Part shown: one piece after another, positions 24,691 through 36,004 of the stretch
Numbering within the stretch: position 1 is the first letter of the stretch
Layout of the letters: each line of letters begins with the position of its first letter
Assembly: GCF_028641065.1 (NCBI RefSeq)
Contig: NC_073387.1
Coordinates: forward strand, 15,748,001 to 15,812,000
Source: Leucoraja erinacea
Taxonomy: Eukaryota
DNA length: 64,000 nucleotides
Direction of reading: 5' to 3'
Notes under the pieces: generated by a model
Told to the model about the DNA's origin: nothing
What the model saw: only the letters and a program-made list of their open reading frames with translations
Database searches by the model: none
Made by a program: the position numbers and the translations under genes

Positions 24691-26503
24691 TTCTATAGTC
24701 CAACACTGGTTTCCCAGTACTGTAACGGAGTACTCGAACTTATCTGAAGTTTTAATACTACTCACACAGGCGGGGCCTTCAAACCCCTGGGCTACTTTCC
24801 TTCCAACCTGTTAGGTACTGCACGTGTCCGCTTCGCGTTGGCTTTCGATGCCGATCCTTAAAAGTGTCTTTCCAAACGCACTCTCAGCACCGATACAGTA
24901 CTTCTCCGCTTTCTTCTGTTACCTACTCTGTCCTGTCTCTTAAGATACCCCAGCCAATTCAGATATCCCTATCTGAGTGGGATCTTCAACCCCTGAAATC
25001 TTCTTTGGTGTCAGGCCACCTCAATGGTACCCGACCACAACAGCTGTTGACTAACTAAGGTGTGGGGACTTTAACCCGCTAGAGAAAAGCCATGTGAGGC
25101 TAACCCCCACAACACCCTTAGGCAAGAACTCTCTCTCTCCAAGCCATCAGTGCTTGCCAAACTACTATTCTCTGATCTCATCGGGAACCCCAATGCAAGC
25201 ACGCAAATGATCGATTTGTCCCGATCAGCGAAGCGGGGAAAACCGATGTAAAAACCACACTGTGGTGCCAATTTCTCCTCTCGCAATCGCAAACTACTCA
25301 ACTCCCTGACTGCAAACTGTGTCTGGGGCTCCGTTGAGATCCCGGATGAGCCCCCAAAGTAATTATGCTCACCCCATTAGTCTGGTCCAGTAAAACACTG
25401 AGTCAAGGACTGGATCAACTAAACTTCTTTATTCTCAATCACGCACAAACTTCCTATACGATACCTAACCACACCATGGGTCCGATCCTTGCCTATACTC
25501 ATTCAAGCCCTTCAGCCTTGTGCGACTGGACACCTCGAGATGGTCATCATGGTCCCAAGTGCTACCGCAGAAGATCGACCCCAACCCATGTGGAGTCCGC
25601 TCTTATATATAGTATCGGACCCGTGGCGTGAAATTAATGGGGGGGGGGGGGGGGGGGGGGGGGACTCCTACAAACCAATCCTAAATAAAGATCATACAAC
25701 ACATTAATTGACAGTTCCCTAACCCAATCACAAAATACCCCATTACATTGTTTCTACATAAAGTTTCTAATGGAAGACAGTTCCCTTAAGTAAAGAAACA
25801 TTTATCCAGGTAACATAAACAATTCGAGCAAGGCTCCATGCCTTGACCAATCACAAGATAACAGTGCAAAGACCCTGCAACATAGTTAACAGTTGTATTA
25901 TAACCTACCTGTCCCCAACCAATCCCATTTATGCATTTGCAGCATGGTCAGCTCTTTCTGCAAAATCTTCATATATAGTGACAAAAGAGAGGACATTGGG
26001 CCATCACCCTGTGCTTAGCTTCCTCCAGGACCCAGACATTCTGGAGCCATGAGCCTCATGGCTTTGCAGTTTTCCCAGAATGATGCCAAGCAGGTTCTGC
26101 AAAGGCAGAAAGCCTCCATTTTGTCACATACTAAATTGGCCAATATTATCCACTTCAGCACGATGTCCAAGTCACCCTAATCATAACAGCTGGCATCCTT
26201 AGTGACATCACAACAACCTGGAGCTCATTGCTCTTAGGACAGTCGAATTGGTCGTAGACTTTAGGAGACAACAAGTTGATTTGATTCATGCAGGTGAACT
26301 GAAATGAATCCCTTGATTCTCCTGTGTGGCTCCATCAATCTTAGTGCCACCATTTTATATTTACACCATATCCCAGGGTAAAGGCTATGTCCACGTCTTG
26401 CAGTAAAAGCCCACGGGTGATGTCAGTGCTCACTGTACAATATGTGGAACAGTTTGATATCAGGAACTATTTAATACCTGCTGCAAAGCAGCTTTGGACT
26501 CAC

Positions 26504-26776
26504 CCTGATCCACTTCAACATTGGTGTCTCCAGTTAGAACAATGGAGCCATTTTCCTGCACTTCCCACGTGTACAGATTGGGACTTCCTGCTCCGACGTG
26601 TTGGACCATCAGATAGACGGTGTTATTCAGATGGATCTGATCAGTGTTGTTCCTCCTGTTTGCCTGAAATAAGCCTCTTGGTTTCCAGTGAAGACTGACG
26701 GTATCTGGGTGTCTGGAGATGGTACAGCTGAGGATGATGTCGCTGCCTATTACTGGCCTCGGTGAGTCTGCCTCAA
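26504..26776 (-). CDS. IgSF receptor exon: domain 6, C2-type Ig (paralog of D2; F-strand Cys replaced by Trp)
   Basis: Acceptor gtttccacag|, donor CAGG|gtgagt, 273 bp. IILSCTIS...SLHWKP...NLYTWEVQ. Confidence 0.85.
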
Positions 26777-27516
26777 CTGTGGAAACAAACACATGGTTCA
26801 GTTCCCCACCAGCTTTCTGAACTGCTGCGGGCAGAATTGTCTTTTTCCTGCAAACAGACAGTCGGCCGAATGTTGAGCTGCCACGCTGAGTGATGTCATC
26901 AACACTTCCAGGTAGTGACCACCTGTCCCCCTCGTCACCCACATCAAGAATTCCAGGTAGGGATTTTTTTAGTACAGGAGAAACACAGAACTGCAGATGC
27001 TGGTTAATATATAAATGGACATAAAATGCAGGAGTAATTCAGCGGATCAAGCAGCAACTACAGAGGACATAGATAGGTGACGTTTCAGGTCGAGACCCTT
27101 CTTCAGACTGATTATTTTTCTTCGATGTCTTTTACTAAGGGGTGATCATATTGGGGTGAATCATGAGAGGCATATCTATAGTAAATGCACATGGCCTTTT
27201 TTCCAGGGTTGCTGAATCAAATACTAGATATGTTTTTGGTGAAGGGGACAGATGTGATATACCCCATAATATGAGGGGCAAGTTTTGACAAAGAGGGTGG
27301 TACATGAACATACTTTTTGGAAAGATCGAGCAGAGGAAGTGATTGATGCAGGTACAGCAAAATTTAAAATACATTTAAACAGATATATGGAAAAAAAGGT
27401 TTAACGGATAAGGCCCAAAGAGGGCAAATTGGACGTTTAAATGGGTAGTTTGTCAGTGTGGATGAATTGGGCCAAAGGGCCTGTTTCAGTGCTGTTGGAC
27501 CCTATGACTCTATTAC

Positions 27517-27861
27517 CTTTGATCCCAAATAGTTCCCACTGTCTCAGGGTTTTCCCAGCGGGCTCTGTTTGAGTCCAGGTGAATAGTCCTGCAAGTTCAA
27601 AGGTGGGCTTCCTGATCCTCAGATTAAGGGTACCCCAGTCCACACGCATGCTCTGGGAAATGCCTGGTATTTGATTGTACTCATCACTCCATTGTACAGC
27701 CCACCGCTGATCTTCTCTGTGAAAAGTGGCCAATTGCTTTGTGGTTTGTTGCCCTGAGTGTGGCCTCCATTCCAAGTCAATGGGGCCATTTCCAGGACTG
27801 TCTGGTCCTTTCATTACAAAGTTGCCTTCCTGGTGGAAAAAGTAAATAGAATCTCCACATC
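27517..27861 (-). CDS. IgSF receptor exon: domain 5, V-like without canonical cysteines (paralog of D1)
   Basis: Acceptor ttcttttcttttccaacag|, donor AAAG|gtaata, 345 bp. GCGDSIYFFHQEGNFVMKGPD...LEWRPHS...LNLRIRKPTFELAGLFTWTQTEP...WELFGIK. Confidence 0.82.
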
Positions 27862-28565
27862 CTGTTGGAAAAGAAAAGAATCTTTATTAAATAGTACATT
27901 ATAATTCATAACCTGGAACAGCATAGAAACAGGTACTCTGTAGTAATCTGTCAACGCAGACCAGTGGGTATCCTTCCACGCAGACACAAGAAAATGCAGA
28001 TTATGGAATGTTGATCAAATGCTGGAGTGCTGGAGAAAATCAGTCAGGCAGAATCTGTGGAGGGAATGGATCGATGATATTTCGTGTCACGCCCCTTTTT
28101 CAGACATGGAATGGGAGAGTGAAAGCTGGGGAAGGGAAGTAGGCATGAGGCAAAGCATGATGAGTGATAGGTGGATACAGGTGGGAAATGGTGATGAGTA
28201 GATGGATGGAGATAATGACAAACGCGAGGGGTGAAATGGAAACCGAAGGTTGTCAGATCCATAAAAGAGGGAAGGATATTGGTGGAAGTGGAGCAAGAAC
28301 ATGAAAGCAAAATTGTGCAATTGGAAGGGGGATGTGGAAAGAGGAAGGGGGAGGGAATAGGGTAGTTTGGTGGTGAGATAAATGTGTGCACAATGAAGTG
28401 GGGGGAGAAATGGGGTTCGGGATGTTTTATTTGAAATTTGAGAATTAATTGGTCATTATAGAGTTAGACCACTCACAAACCAGAAGACCATATTCCACTT
28501 TCAAATTTCAGGGCATCAAAACTCAATCATGATGAAGTATGAAGAGCAAACCCTGAGTCACTTAC

Positions 28566-28826
28566 CACGTGGCTCCTGATAATACGGGACAAAAATCCGG
28601 GGCAGGTCTTGATGAAACAAACCACATATCCAGTTCCCTCTGCCTCTCTCAACTTTCTGAATAACCAAACTATATGATTTTTCTTTCCCAGTCAGCGTAT
28701 TTTCTCCAACACTTTTGCCATCGCCATTGATCCAAACCAGTCTTATTGATTCATTGATGTGAGACACAGAGCAGGTCAGTGTAACGTTGTCTCCCTCAGT
28801 CATTGCATCAGACGGTTCAGCTGTGA
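28566..28826 (-). CDS. IgSF receptor exon: domain 4, C2-type Ig with WxC
   Basis: Acceptor tttccacag|, donor CGTG|gtaagt, 261 bp. VTLTCSVS...RLVWIN...GNWICGLF. Confidence 0.88.
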
Positions 28827-28904
28827 CTGTGGAAACAAGCAGGTTGTTTAGATTTTAAACATTGAGTTCATCAGTAAAAACACTGCCAACATTATGTCTC
28901 CTAC

Positions 28905-29243
28905 CTTTTACTGTGATTAGATCAATGGTTGGAAGTTGAAGTGCTTCCATTGAACATGTGTAAAGTCCGGCATCTTGAAAAAAAATCGGAACAATCCTTA
29001 CATTGAAATCCATGCCATTGAAGTGTTTCACTGAGGTCATCAATCGATTCCGGAAGTAGGTCCGGTTGACATTGATGGGCTGAGAGAGTCCGGCAGATGC
29101 TATTACTTTCTGCTGTTGTTGAAGGCGACGAGATGTCCAGGTCCACCGAGCAGTGGAATAGTGATACGGCCAATAACAAACGAGGTGAAGTTCATTGTGA
29201 TCTGTGCTGGAGCGGTAAAGCGTGTACCTCCCATTATATAAAT
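28905..29243 (-). CDS. IgSF receptor exon: domain 3, V-type Ig
   Basis: Hand translation from gatacag|: YLYNGRYTLYRSSTDHNELHLVCYWPYHYSTARWTW...FRNRL...FNVRIVPIFFQDAGLYTCSMEALQLPTIDLITVK; donor AAAG|gtagga; 339 bp; DAGxYxC motif. Confidence 0.88.
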
Positions 29244-30139
29244 CTGTATCAGTGAGTTAGAAGATAACTCCTTTCAGTATTAGTTATTCTCATCCGCGTT
29301 TCAAATGTAACATATTCCATAAATGCCGCACCAAAACTCATGAGATCTTTATAAAATAAAATGTCGTGTACAGCAGTAAATTGCAGTGAAGTTTGGATAT
29401 TCGACTCTACATTTCAACATTAGGTTCGCCCCCACACCCGACTGTCCGGGGATCTCCCGGGATGGAATGAAACCTCCCGGAGACTCCCGAGAGCGGCCCG
29501 GGAAGTGAATCTCTCTGTCAGTCTGCAGGAGGTGGTGCAGGTTCAGGCTGCGGAGAGAAGCAGCGCAGTGGACGTCTGCGCGGGGCCCGATCCGGACAGG
29601 TTGGCAGGTCAAGTAGGTCGGGTCTTCCCGTCCCATCAGTCCCACCATCCCTCTCCCATTCACACCCATTGATTCCCTGTTCTTCCCTGTCCCGGGTCCT
29701 GCTCCCAGCTCAATGCTGATCTGAAGCCCGAGTCTGCTGCAGCTGGAATCGCTTCAAACAGCAGCAGGACTCGGAGAGAAGGGTCAGTGAGGGGAGAGGG
29801 GACGGATTGTTGTTCAGTGCTGATGTGTGCACCGGGATCCCCAGTGTGAGTGTGAGCAGCAAGTGCTGGTGGTTGTCATGGTGACTACACTTTCTATCTG
29901 ACACTTTGACGTGAGTCCTGTATCAATATCTCAGTCTCAGATACTGGAGCATTGATGGCAAGTTAAAGTGACAAAATACTTTACTGAACAATAGTTACAG
30001 AAATACATCCCCCTCCTGTGCTGTGTGTCTGTCACACAGAGACAAGCAGGCAGCTGCCCCACAGAGAGACTTTCTGGAAACTTCTCCCTGATCATTGCAG
30101 CATTTTATACACGAGAGCAGTTGGTCACTATCCACAGTT

Positions 30140-30485
30140 CTTCACTTGTTCCCGATGTTGGAGAAGTCCAGAACAAGGGGTCACAGTTTAAGGATAAAGG
30201 GGAAATCTTTTAGGACCGAGATGAGGAAAACTTTTTTCACACAGAGAGTGGTGAATCTCTGGAATTCTCTGCCGCAGAAGGTAGTGGAGGCCAGTTCATT
30301 AGCTATATTTAAGAGGGAGTTAGATGTGGCCCTTGTGGCTAAAGGGATCAGGGGGTATGGAGAGAAGGCAGGAACAGGATACTGAGTTGGATGATCAGCC
30401 ATGATCATATTGAATGGCGGTGCAGGCTCGAAGGGCCGAATGGCCTACTCCTGCACCTATTTTCTATGTTTCTATATTTCTATGT
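30140..30485 (+). mobile_element. CR1 3' end fragment
   Basis: LFPMLEKSRTRGHSLRIKGKSFRTEMRKTFFTQRVVNLWNSLP and ttctatgtttctat tail. Similar pieces at 50250-50840 (+) and 56740-56905 (-). Confidence 0.85.
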
Positions 30486-30569
30486 TTCACAGGGCGCACG
30501 CACAATATTACAAGAAGCACCGTGATACAAGTGTTTACTTGATATGTAATGGGAGATGTTTACACTTAC

Positions 30570-30839
30570 ACTTGTTTACAGTAAAATCTCCACTACTGGT
30601 GTGAACGATGTTTCCGTTTTCCTGCACATCACACACATACAACTTCCCATCCTCCACTGTAACATGTCGGATCATCAGATAGACCGTGTTCTTCAGGCGG
30701 ATCTGATCAGTGTTGCTCCTGTTCTTCTGGGATGAGTCCATTGGTCTCCATTGAAGACTGACTGTATCTGAGAGTCTGGAGATGGTGCAGCTGAGTGTGA
30801 TGTCACTGCCCAGCAGAGGGCGCTGTGGACTTGCCTCAA
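30570..30839 (-). CDS. IgSF receptor exon: domain 2, C2-type Ig
   Basis: Acceptor tttttcacag|, donor AAGT|gtaagt, 270 bp. ITLSCTIS...SLQWRP...KLYVCDVQ shows the C-W-YxC Ig pattern. Confidence 0.88.
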
Positions 30840-31500
30840 CTGTGAAAAACAGATGAATGAGATTCAGAGTGAGTAGTGGTGTGTGCAGTCCAATGACTGG
30901 GCTCAAGGCTGACAGCCTGGCTGAAAGTCAGGACAACTTCTCCCCCAGTGCTCTCAGACCCCTGACATGCGTGGCTGAACATATTGACGCAGCGAGATGC
31001 CGACAGTTCACCGTGGGACTGCTGGTGGAACCGGCAACATTCAGGCTTTGTTTTATTTTAAAATGCATCTATTTCCACTCCTAAATTGATCTGATTGCTC
31101 TCAAGAGGTGAAGTCTATGGCTGAGCCCAAGTTCCACAGACGATGAACTTCCATCGACAAGGTAACATTAAGCAGCAATGTCACCCCGGAGCCACGGCAC
31201 GGAGACATTGGTTTCATACCACCTTGCCGCGATCACCTTACCGTGTGCCGGCGAGAAGACCATGGTATTCGCTGCGGGGTGGATTCATTGATTTGCTGTT
31301 CCCAGTGAAGTCATCAAACTATTTTCACTCCTGCTGATCATTTCAGTATCAATGAACATAAACACTTCCCCAGTTGTTTTACTGGGAGATTCTCTTTTCA
31401 CCGTGTGGAAGAAGTCTCACATTTCCCGCCATCTCTCATCATTATAGGCGACAATACAGAGATAAATTAAGCATTATTGATCCTTATCGCACCCACTCAC

Positions 31501-31839
31501 CTTTGGTCCCAAATATTTCATATTGTTTCAGGATTTGCTTTCTCGGTTCTGTTTGAGCCAAAGTGAAAAATCCCGCCCATTTAAATATGGGTTTATAAAT
31601 TGTCAGATCAAGTGTATGGTAATTGACAAACGTCTCCGGGTACAAGTCCACATTCTCGCCAGCGGACTTCTCTTTGATCCAATTGTCCCTCGTTCTTCTA
31701 AAAGTCGTCAATTTTCCGATATCCTTCTCTGAGTGTGGTTTCCATTCCCAGACAACAACAGAGTCTTTCTCAGGATTGTCCGGTCCGTTTAAAACAATCT
31801 TGACTCCGTTATCCAAGAAATACGTTTGACTTCTATTTC
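31501..31839 (-). CDS. IgSF receptor exon: domain 1, V-like without canonical cysteines
   Basis: Acceptor tttgtaacag|, donor AAAG|gtgagt, 339 bp, phase 1-1, open. RNRSQTYFLDNGVKIVLNGPD...VWEWKPHS...LDLTIYKPIFKWAGFFTLAQTEP...YEIFGTK; homologous to the exon at 27517-27861. Confidence 0.8.
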
Positions 31840-32539
31840 CTGTTACAAATACGAACAATGAAGAATTAACATTTATAACACATTTTCCCCACCCCATATC
31901 TGTAATCATTAATTTTGAACAATGCAATTCCAGACAGTTGTGATCATCCTTGGAAACCCCAGCGAGCAAGATACGGTTTGTGAAGAGATGTCTGTCTGGA
32001 ATAACCTGGCCTGATCCAGGGATATTTCATCACATGAGAGGAGCGAGTGGGAGGGGGTCGGAGGTGGGGATAGGGGTTTGTGGTGGGGCAGTGGATGAGC
32101 TCCACCCGGTTTTGAAGGAACTTTGCAGGAGCGCGAAGTGAAGACATTGCGTGTGGTTCTCGGTCTGCGACTGGATCGATAAGTTGAGGGCAGTTCCACC
32201 AGCCTACACTGTGGTGGGAAGGTGTTGGGGAGGATGGTGTTGACAACAGTGTTAAAGGCTACAGAGGCTGAGTGGGATGGGGAGGGAGAGTTTAACTCTG
32301 CAACAAGCTCACAGGAGGCAATTTCTGACTTTGATAAGGACCGTGTCGGTGCAGGAGGAGAGTGAGTTGATGGGAGGGGCTTAAAAATAGACTTCCAGCA
32401 AGGGATGGCATGGATTTGTGAGGCAGCAGCACATTCAGGATGTGGAGAGGAAAGCGAGATTGACAATGGGGTGTGGCTTTACACGGATAATGATAACATA
32501 ATGCATGGTGATTGTGACCGGTGAAGAGAAAGCACTTAC

Positions 32540-32636
32540 TCTGAGTTGAAACAGGTCGCAGCAGGAAAACAAAGTAACCGAACATCAAACCAATTGGCAA
32601 ACTGCCGCAGAGAAACCTCGGCCTCATTTTGTGCAT
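32540..32636 (-). CDS. IgSF receptor exon: signal peptide (MHKMRPRFLCGSLPIGLMFGYFVFLLRPVSTQ)
   Basis: ATG at 32636 (second in-frame ATG at 32627), hydrophobic core, donor CAGA|gtaagt in phase 1 matching the next exon. Confidence 0.8.
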
Positions 32637-32697
32637 TCTCTGTTTGGAAATAACGTGCAGTTTTAGACTTTGATCAGTAAATTGGTAGTTGGCAAAT

Positions 32698-33520
32698 GTT
32701 GTATTGAGTACAGCCAGTTTGAAACTCCTGACCCAGGAGCACTTTAGAATTGGCCGCACACAATGACACGGGGAAAATACACTCGCTTGCTGGACACTGC
32801 TGCTGGAATATTGTCACTTCTGTAATCTGGGATTTCACGACCATATTAAACCGCTATCTGTTGGCCTTGTCCGAAATCACTCATCTGAACTCCGCCTTTT
32901 TAAATTTTTGACCCAATTACTTCCGACTACTCGGTAAAATAGTTTCAACTAAATCGGACATTGCTATTGAGTCAATGAACAGAGAAGGCAACAGAATGGC
33001 AAGGGACATTAAATATTCTCAGACGGTCCCAGGAAGTTGACGGTGAAACGGGAAAAATATTTAATTTAGATTGACTAGGAAACCAGTAGGTAAATGGCAT
33101 ATGCTGGTCATTTAGCTGTGAGAAACACCCTCCATTCAGTTACTGGGGAATAAAGGAGTCAAAACGAACTTAATAAAGTTCTTGTAAATCCAAAGTGGAA
33201 CAAATTGATTGAACAAGTGATAAATCAGTTTACAGGACATCCAACGTTGTTCAGTTTCTGGATACCTTTTAAACCACTCTTTTACATGAAATGAGACTGA
33301 AGTGAGGTCGCCCACTTTGTGAGAAGAGAATGAAGGTGAATGACTACAGAGATTGCGGCAAAGCTCCAAGCACGGCGACACACTGAGATTCACAGTCTCA
33401 CTTGATGATTTACACAGTTTCTTTGGAAAGGCAAACACCCTTCCACTTTCTTTCCAGCTCAGGATTCTGACACCATTTGTGTTGATAATGTTTGCGTCAG
33501 ATTAAAAATCATCTTGTAAA
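32698..33520 (-). promoter_or_regulatory. 5' UTR/promoter region of the IgSF gene (copy A of a repeated unit)
   Basis: Lies directly upstream of the leader ATG. Contains an AGATAG (about 32855) and an ACTTCCTG ETS-like core (about 33030) on the minus strand. Promoter function is inferred from position only. Confidence 0.45.
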
Positions 33521-33524
33521 GGAT

Positions 33525-33930
33525 GGAGTTGAAGTGCTGAGCCACCGGGAGGTCAGGTTGGTTATTGTGGACCGAGCGGAGGTGTTCGGCGAAATGATCG
33601 CCCAACCTCCGCTTGCGCTGAACACCTCCGCTCGGTCCGCAATAACAAACCTGACCTCCCGGTGGCTCAGCACTTCAACTCCCCCTCCCACTCCATATCC
33701 GACCTCTCTGTCCTGGGTCTCCTCCATGGCCAGAGCGGGCAAAACCAGAAATTGGAGGAACAGCACCTCATATTCCACTTGGGGAGTTTGCATCCTGGGG
33801 GCATGAACATCGAATTCTCCCAATTGTGTTAGTCCTTGCTGTCTCCTCCCCTTCCTCAGTCCTCCTGCTGTCTCCTCCCATCCCCCAACCTTCGGGCTCC
33901 TCCTCCTTTTTCCTTTCCTCTCCCCGCCAC
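33525..33930 (+). mobile_element. Penelope-like element 3' fragment (GIY-YIG region) with inverted 5' duplication
   Basis: AEHLRSVRNNKPDLPVAQHFNSPSHSISDLSVLGL...KLEEQHLIFHLGSLHPGGMNIEFS; 33525-33591 is an inverted copy of 33616-33682. Confidence 0.75.
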
Positions 33931-34384
33931 CCCCGATCAGGCTGAAGAAGTGTTTCGGCCTGAAACGTTGTGTGGTGCGTGGGTCTCAAAAGGAGGCACG
34001 AAGTCCAGTGTTTTGAGAAGCACCTTTATTGTATTCCTCCCGGTTGAAGGGAAGACGAAACCAGAGGAAGATGGCACCCAAACCCTGCCTTTTAAACCCT
34101 CCGGCTGAGGGCCGCCTCCGGACTGCAACACTCCTGTGCCGAGGGGTTCGGCAGTATAATGGCATGACCCGTTGGAGCCGCCACAGTTGCCTATTTCCTT
34201 CACTCCATAAATGTTGCTGCACCCGCTGAGTTTCTCCAGATTTCTTTGTGTACCTTCAGCTATTTATCGTCGGGTTACTCCCAAGTAAACCAAATCATAC
34301 TTAAAAATGATTGTTCATCGTGTGATCTTGAACGGAACAGGGGCACTAAAAATTTGCAAAGGAAAAGCTGCAGTAAGTTGCTAA

Positions 34385-35473
34385 TTGGCAAGTGTTGTAT
34401 TGAGCACAGCCACTTTGAAAATTCTGGGCCCGGACGATTTGAGAATTAACCGCACACAATTACACGTGGAAGGACAGTTCCTCTGTGGAATCTGCCACTG
34501 GAATATTATCACTGCTGTAATCTGGGATTTCCACAACCACATTCAGTCGGTTTGCCTTGACTGAAACGACTCATCTGCACGCCGACCTTTTAATTCTTGA
34601 CCCACTTCCTTCCTGCTTCTCGGTAGAGTGGTTTTTAACTAATTTGTTCCTCACTAGTCAGTCAATTAATTGAGCAGGTAATAGAACGGCGAGGACGTTG
34701 AACATCCTCAAACAGTCTCAGAGGATTGCCGGAGAAATGGGAAAAATAAAATCCACATTGGCATGGAAACATTAGATTGACCAGGCAACAAATAGGAATG
34801 CCCAAATGGGTAAAATGGCAGATGCTGCTAATGTAGCTTCATTAAGTTTCTACTGGAAATAATGGAGACAAAAATACATTGATAAGGTATCGTGTTGGAA
34901 GGAACTTCAAATGCTGCTTTATACCGAATATAGACACAAAAGTAACTCAGCGGGACAGGCAGCATCTCTTGGAAGAAGGAATGGGTGACGTTGCGGGTCG
35001 ACGAAGTCTGGGTCTGAAGAAGGGTCTCGACCCGAAACGTCATCCATTCTTTCTCTCCAGAGTTGCTGCCTGTCCCGCTGAGTTACTCCAGCATTTTGTA
35101 TCTTTCATTATTAATTAAGTTTCTATGTCCTTGTAAAATCTAAAGCAGAACACACTGTAACAGTCTAATAAATGGTTACAGGAGTGACATATCACACGTT
35201 GGAAATTAATTAACACTAAGATCCGTTTCTAGATGCAATTTAAACCATACCTTTACCTGAAGTGAACCTGTAGTAAGGTCACCTACCTTGTGGGAAGAGA
35301 CTGGTGAACAAGTCCAGAGACTGGGCAGCAAAGCTCCAAGCACTGAGTTCCCCAGTCTCGCTTTGCACAATAACTAACGCTGTGTCTTATGAAACCACAG
35401 GACCTTCCTCTTCCTCTCCTGCTCAGGGTTCAGACATCACTTCTGTTTAAAATGTTTGCGTCAGTGTAAAATC
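34385..35473. repeat. Copy B of the gene 5'-flank unit
   Basis: Homologous to 32698-33520 at both ends (gttgtattgag...; gtttgcgtcag) and to 45304-46120 throughout. Confidence 0.8.
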
Positions 35474-35474
35474 C

Positions 35475-35810
35475 GCCGGGACCCAAGCCATCTTCCCCTC
35501 ACATCCCCGCTGGGCTCACGCCACCCCCGCTGGGTTCACGCCACCCCTGCTGGGCCCACGCCAACCCCAATGGGCCCATGCCACCCTCGCTGGGCCTACG
35601 CCACCCCTGCTGACCCCCGCTGGGTCCACACACCACTCTCTGACCCCAGCTGGGCCCACGCCACCCCCTGCTGGGTCCACGCCATCCCTGCTGTCCCCCG
35701 CTGGGTCTTCGCCAACCCTGCTGGGCCCACACCACCCCTGCTGGGTCCATGCCAACCTCGCTGACCACCACTGGGCCCACACCACCCCCGCTGGGCCCAC
35801 GCCACATTCA
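35475..35810. repeat. CTGGGCCCA-core minisatellite, second array
   Basis: Same unit family as 10880-11615. Confidence 0.85.
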
Positions 35811-36004
35811 TCCCCCCGCCCGCTTTGCCCGCACCACCATCATCTTCGCACCCCCCCCCCCTCCATATGAATAATATTAAACAATATCAAATAATATCAA
35901 ACAATTGGAACTGCTTTCTTTTGTATTGTTATCAAGGAAAAGAAAACTGCTTTCTTTTCCTTGATAACAATACAAAAATGAATGTGAGAGGGGGTGGGGG
36001 GGAG

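Larger units (their letters stand above)
18382..25983 (-). mobile_element. Degenerate class I-like ERV remnant(s) with nested LINEs
   Basis: LTR-like 25358-25983 (TGTCAC start on minus) followed by a tRNA-Pro PBS TGGGGGCTCATCCGGGAT (25339-25356); integrase fragment 18648-19040 (C..C, LQMDYI, VDVFSRWIEAYPT, RFGIP, SDN); related truncated LTR at 18382-18655. No TSD found. Confidence 0.6.
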
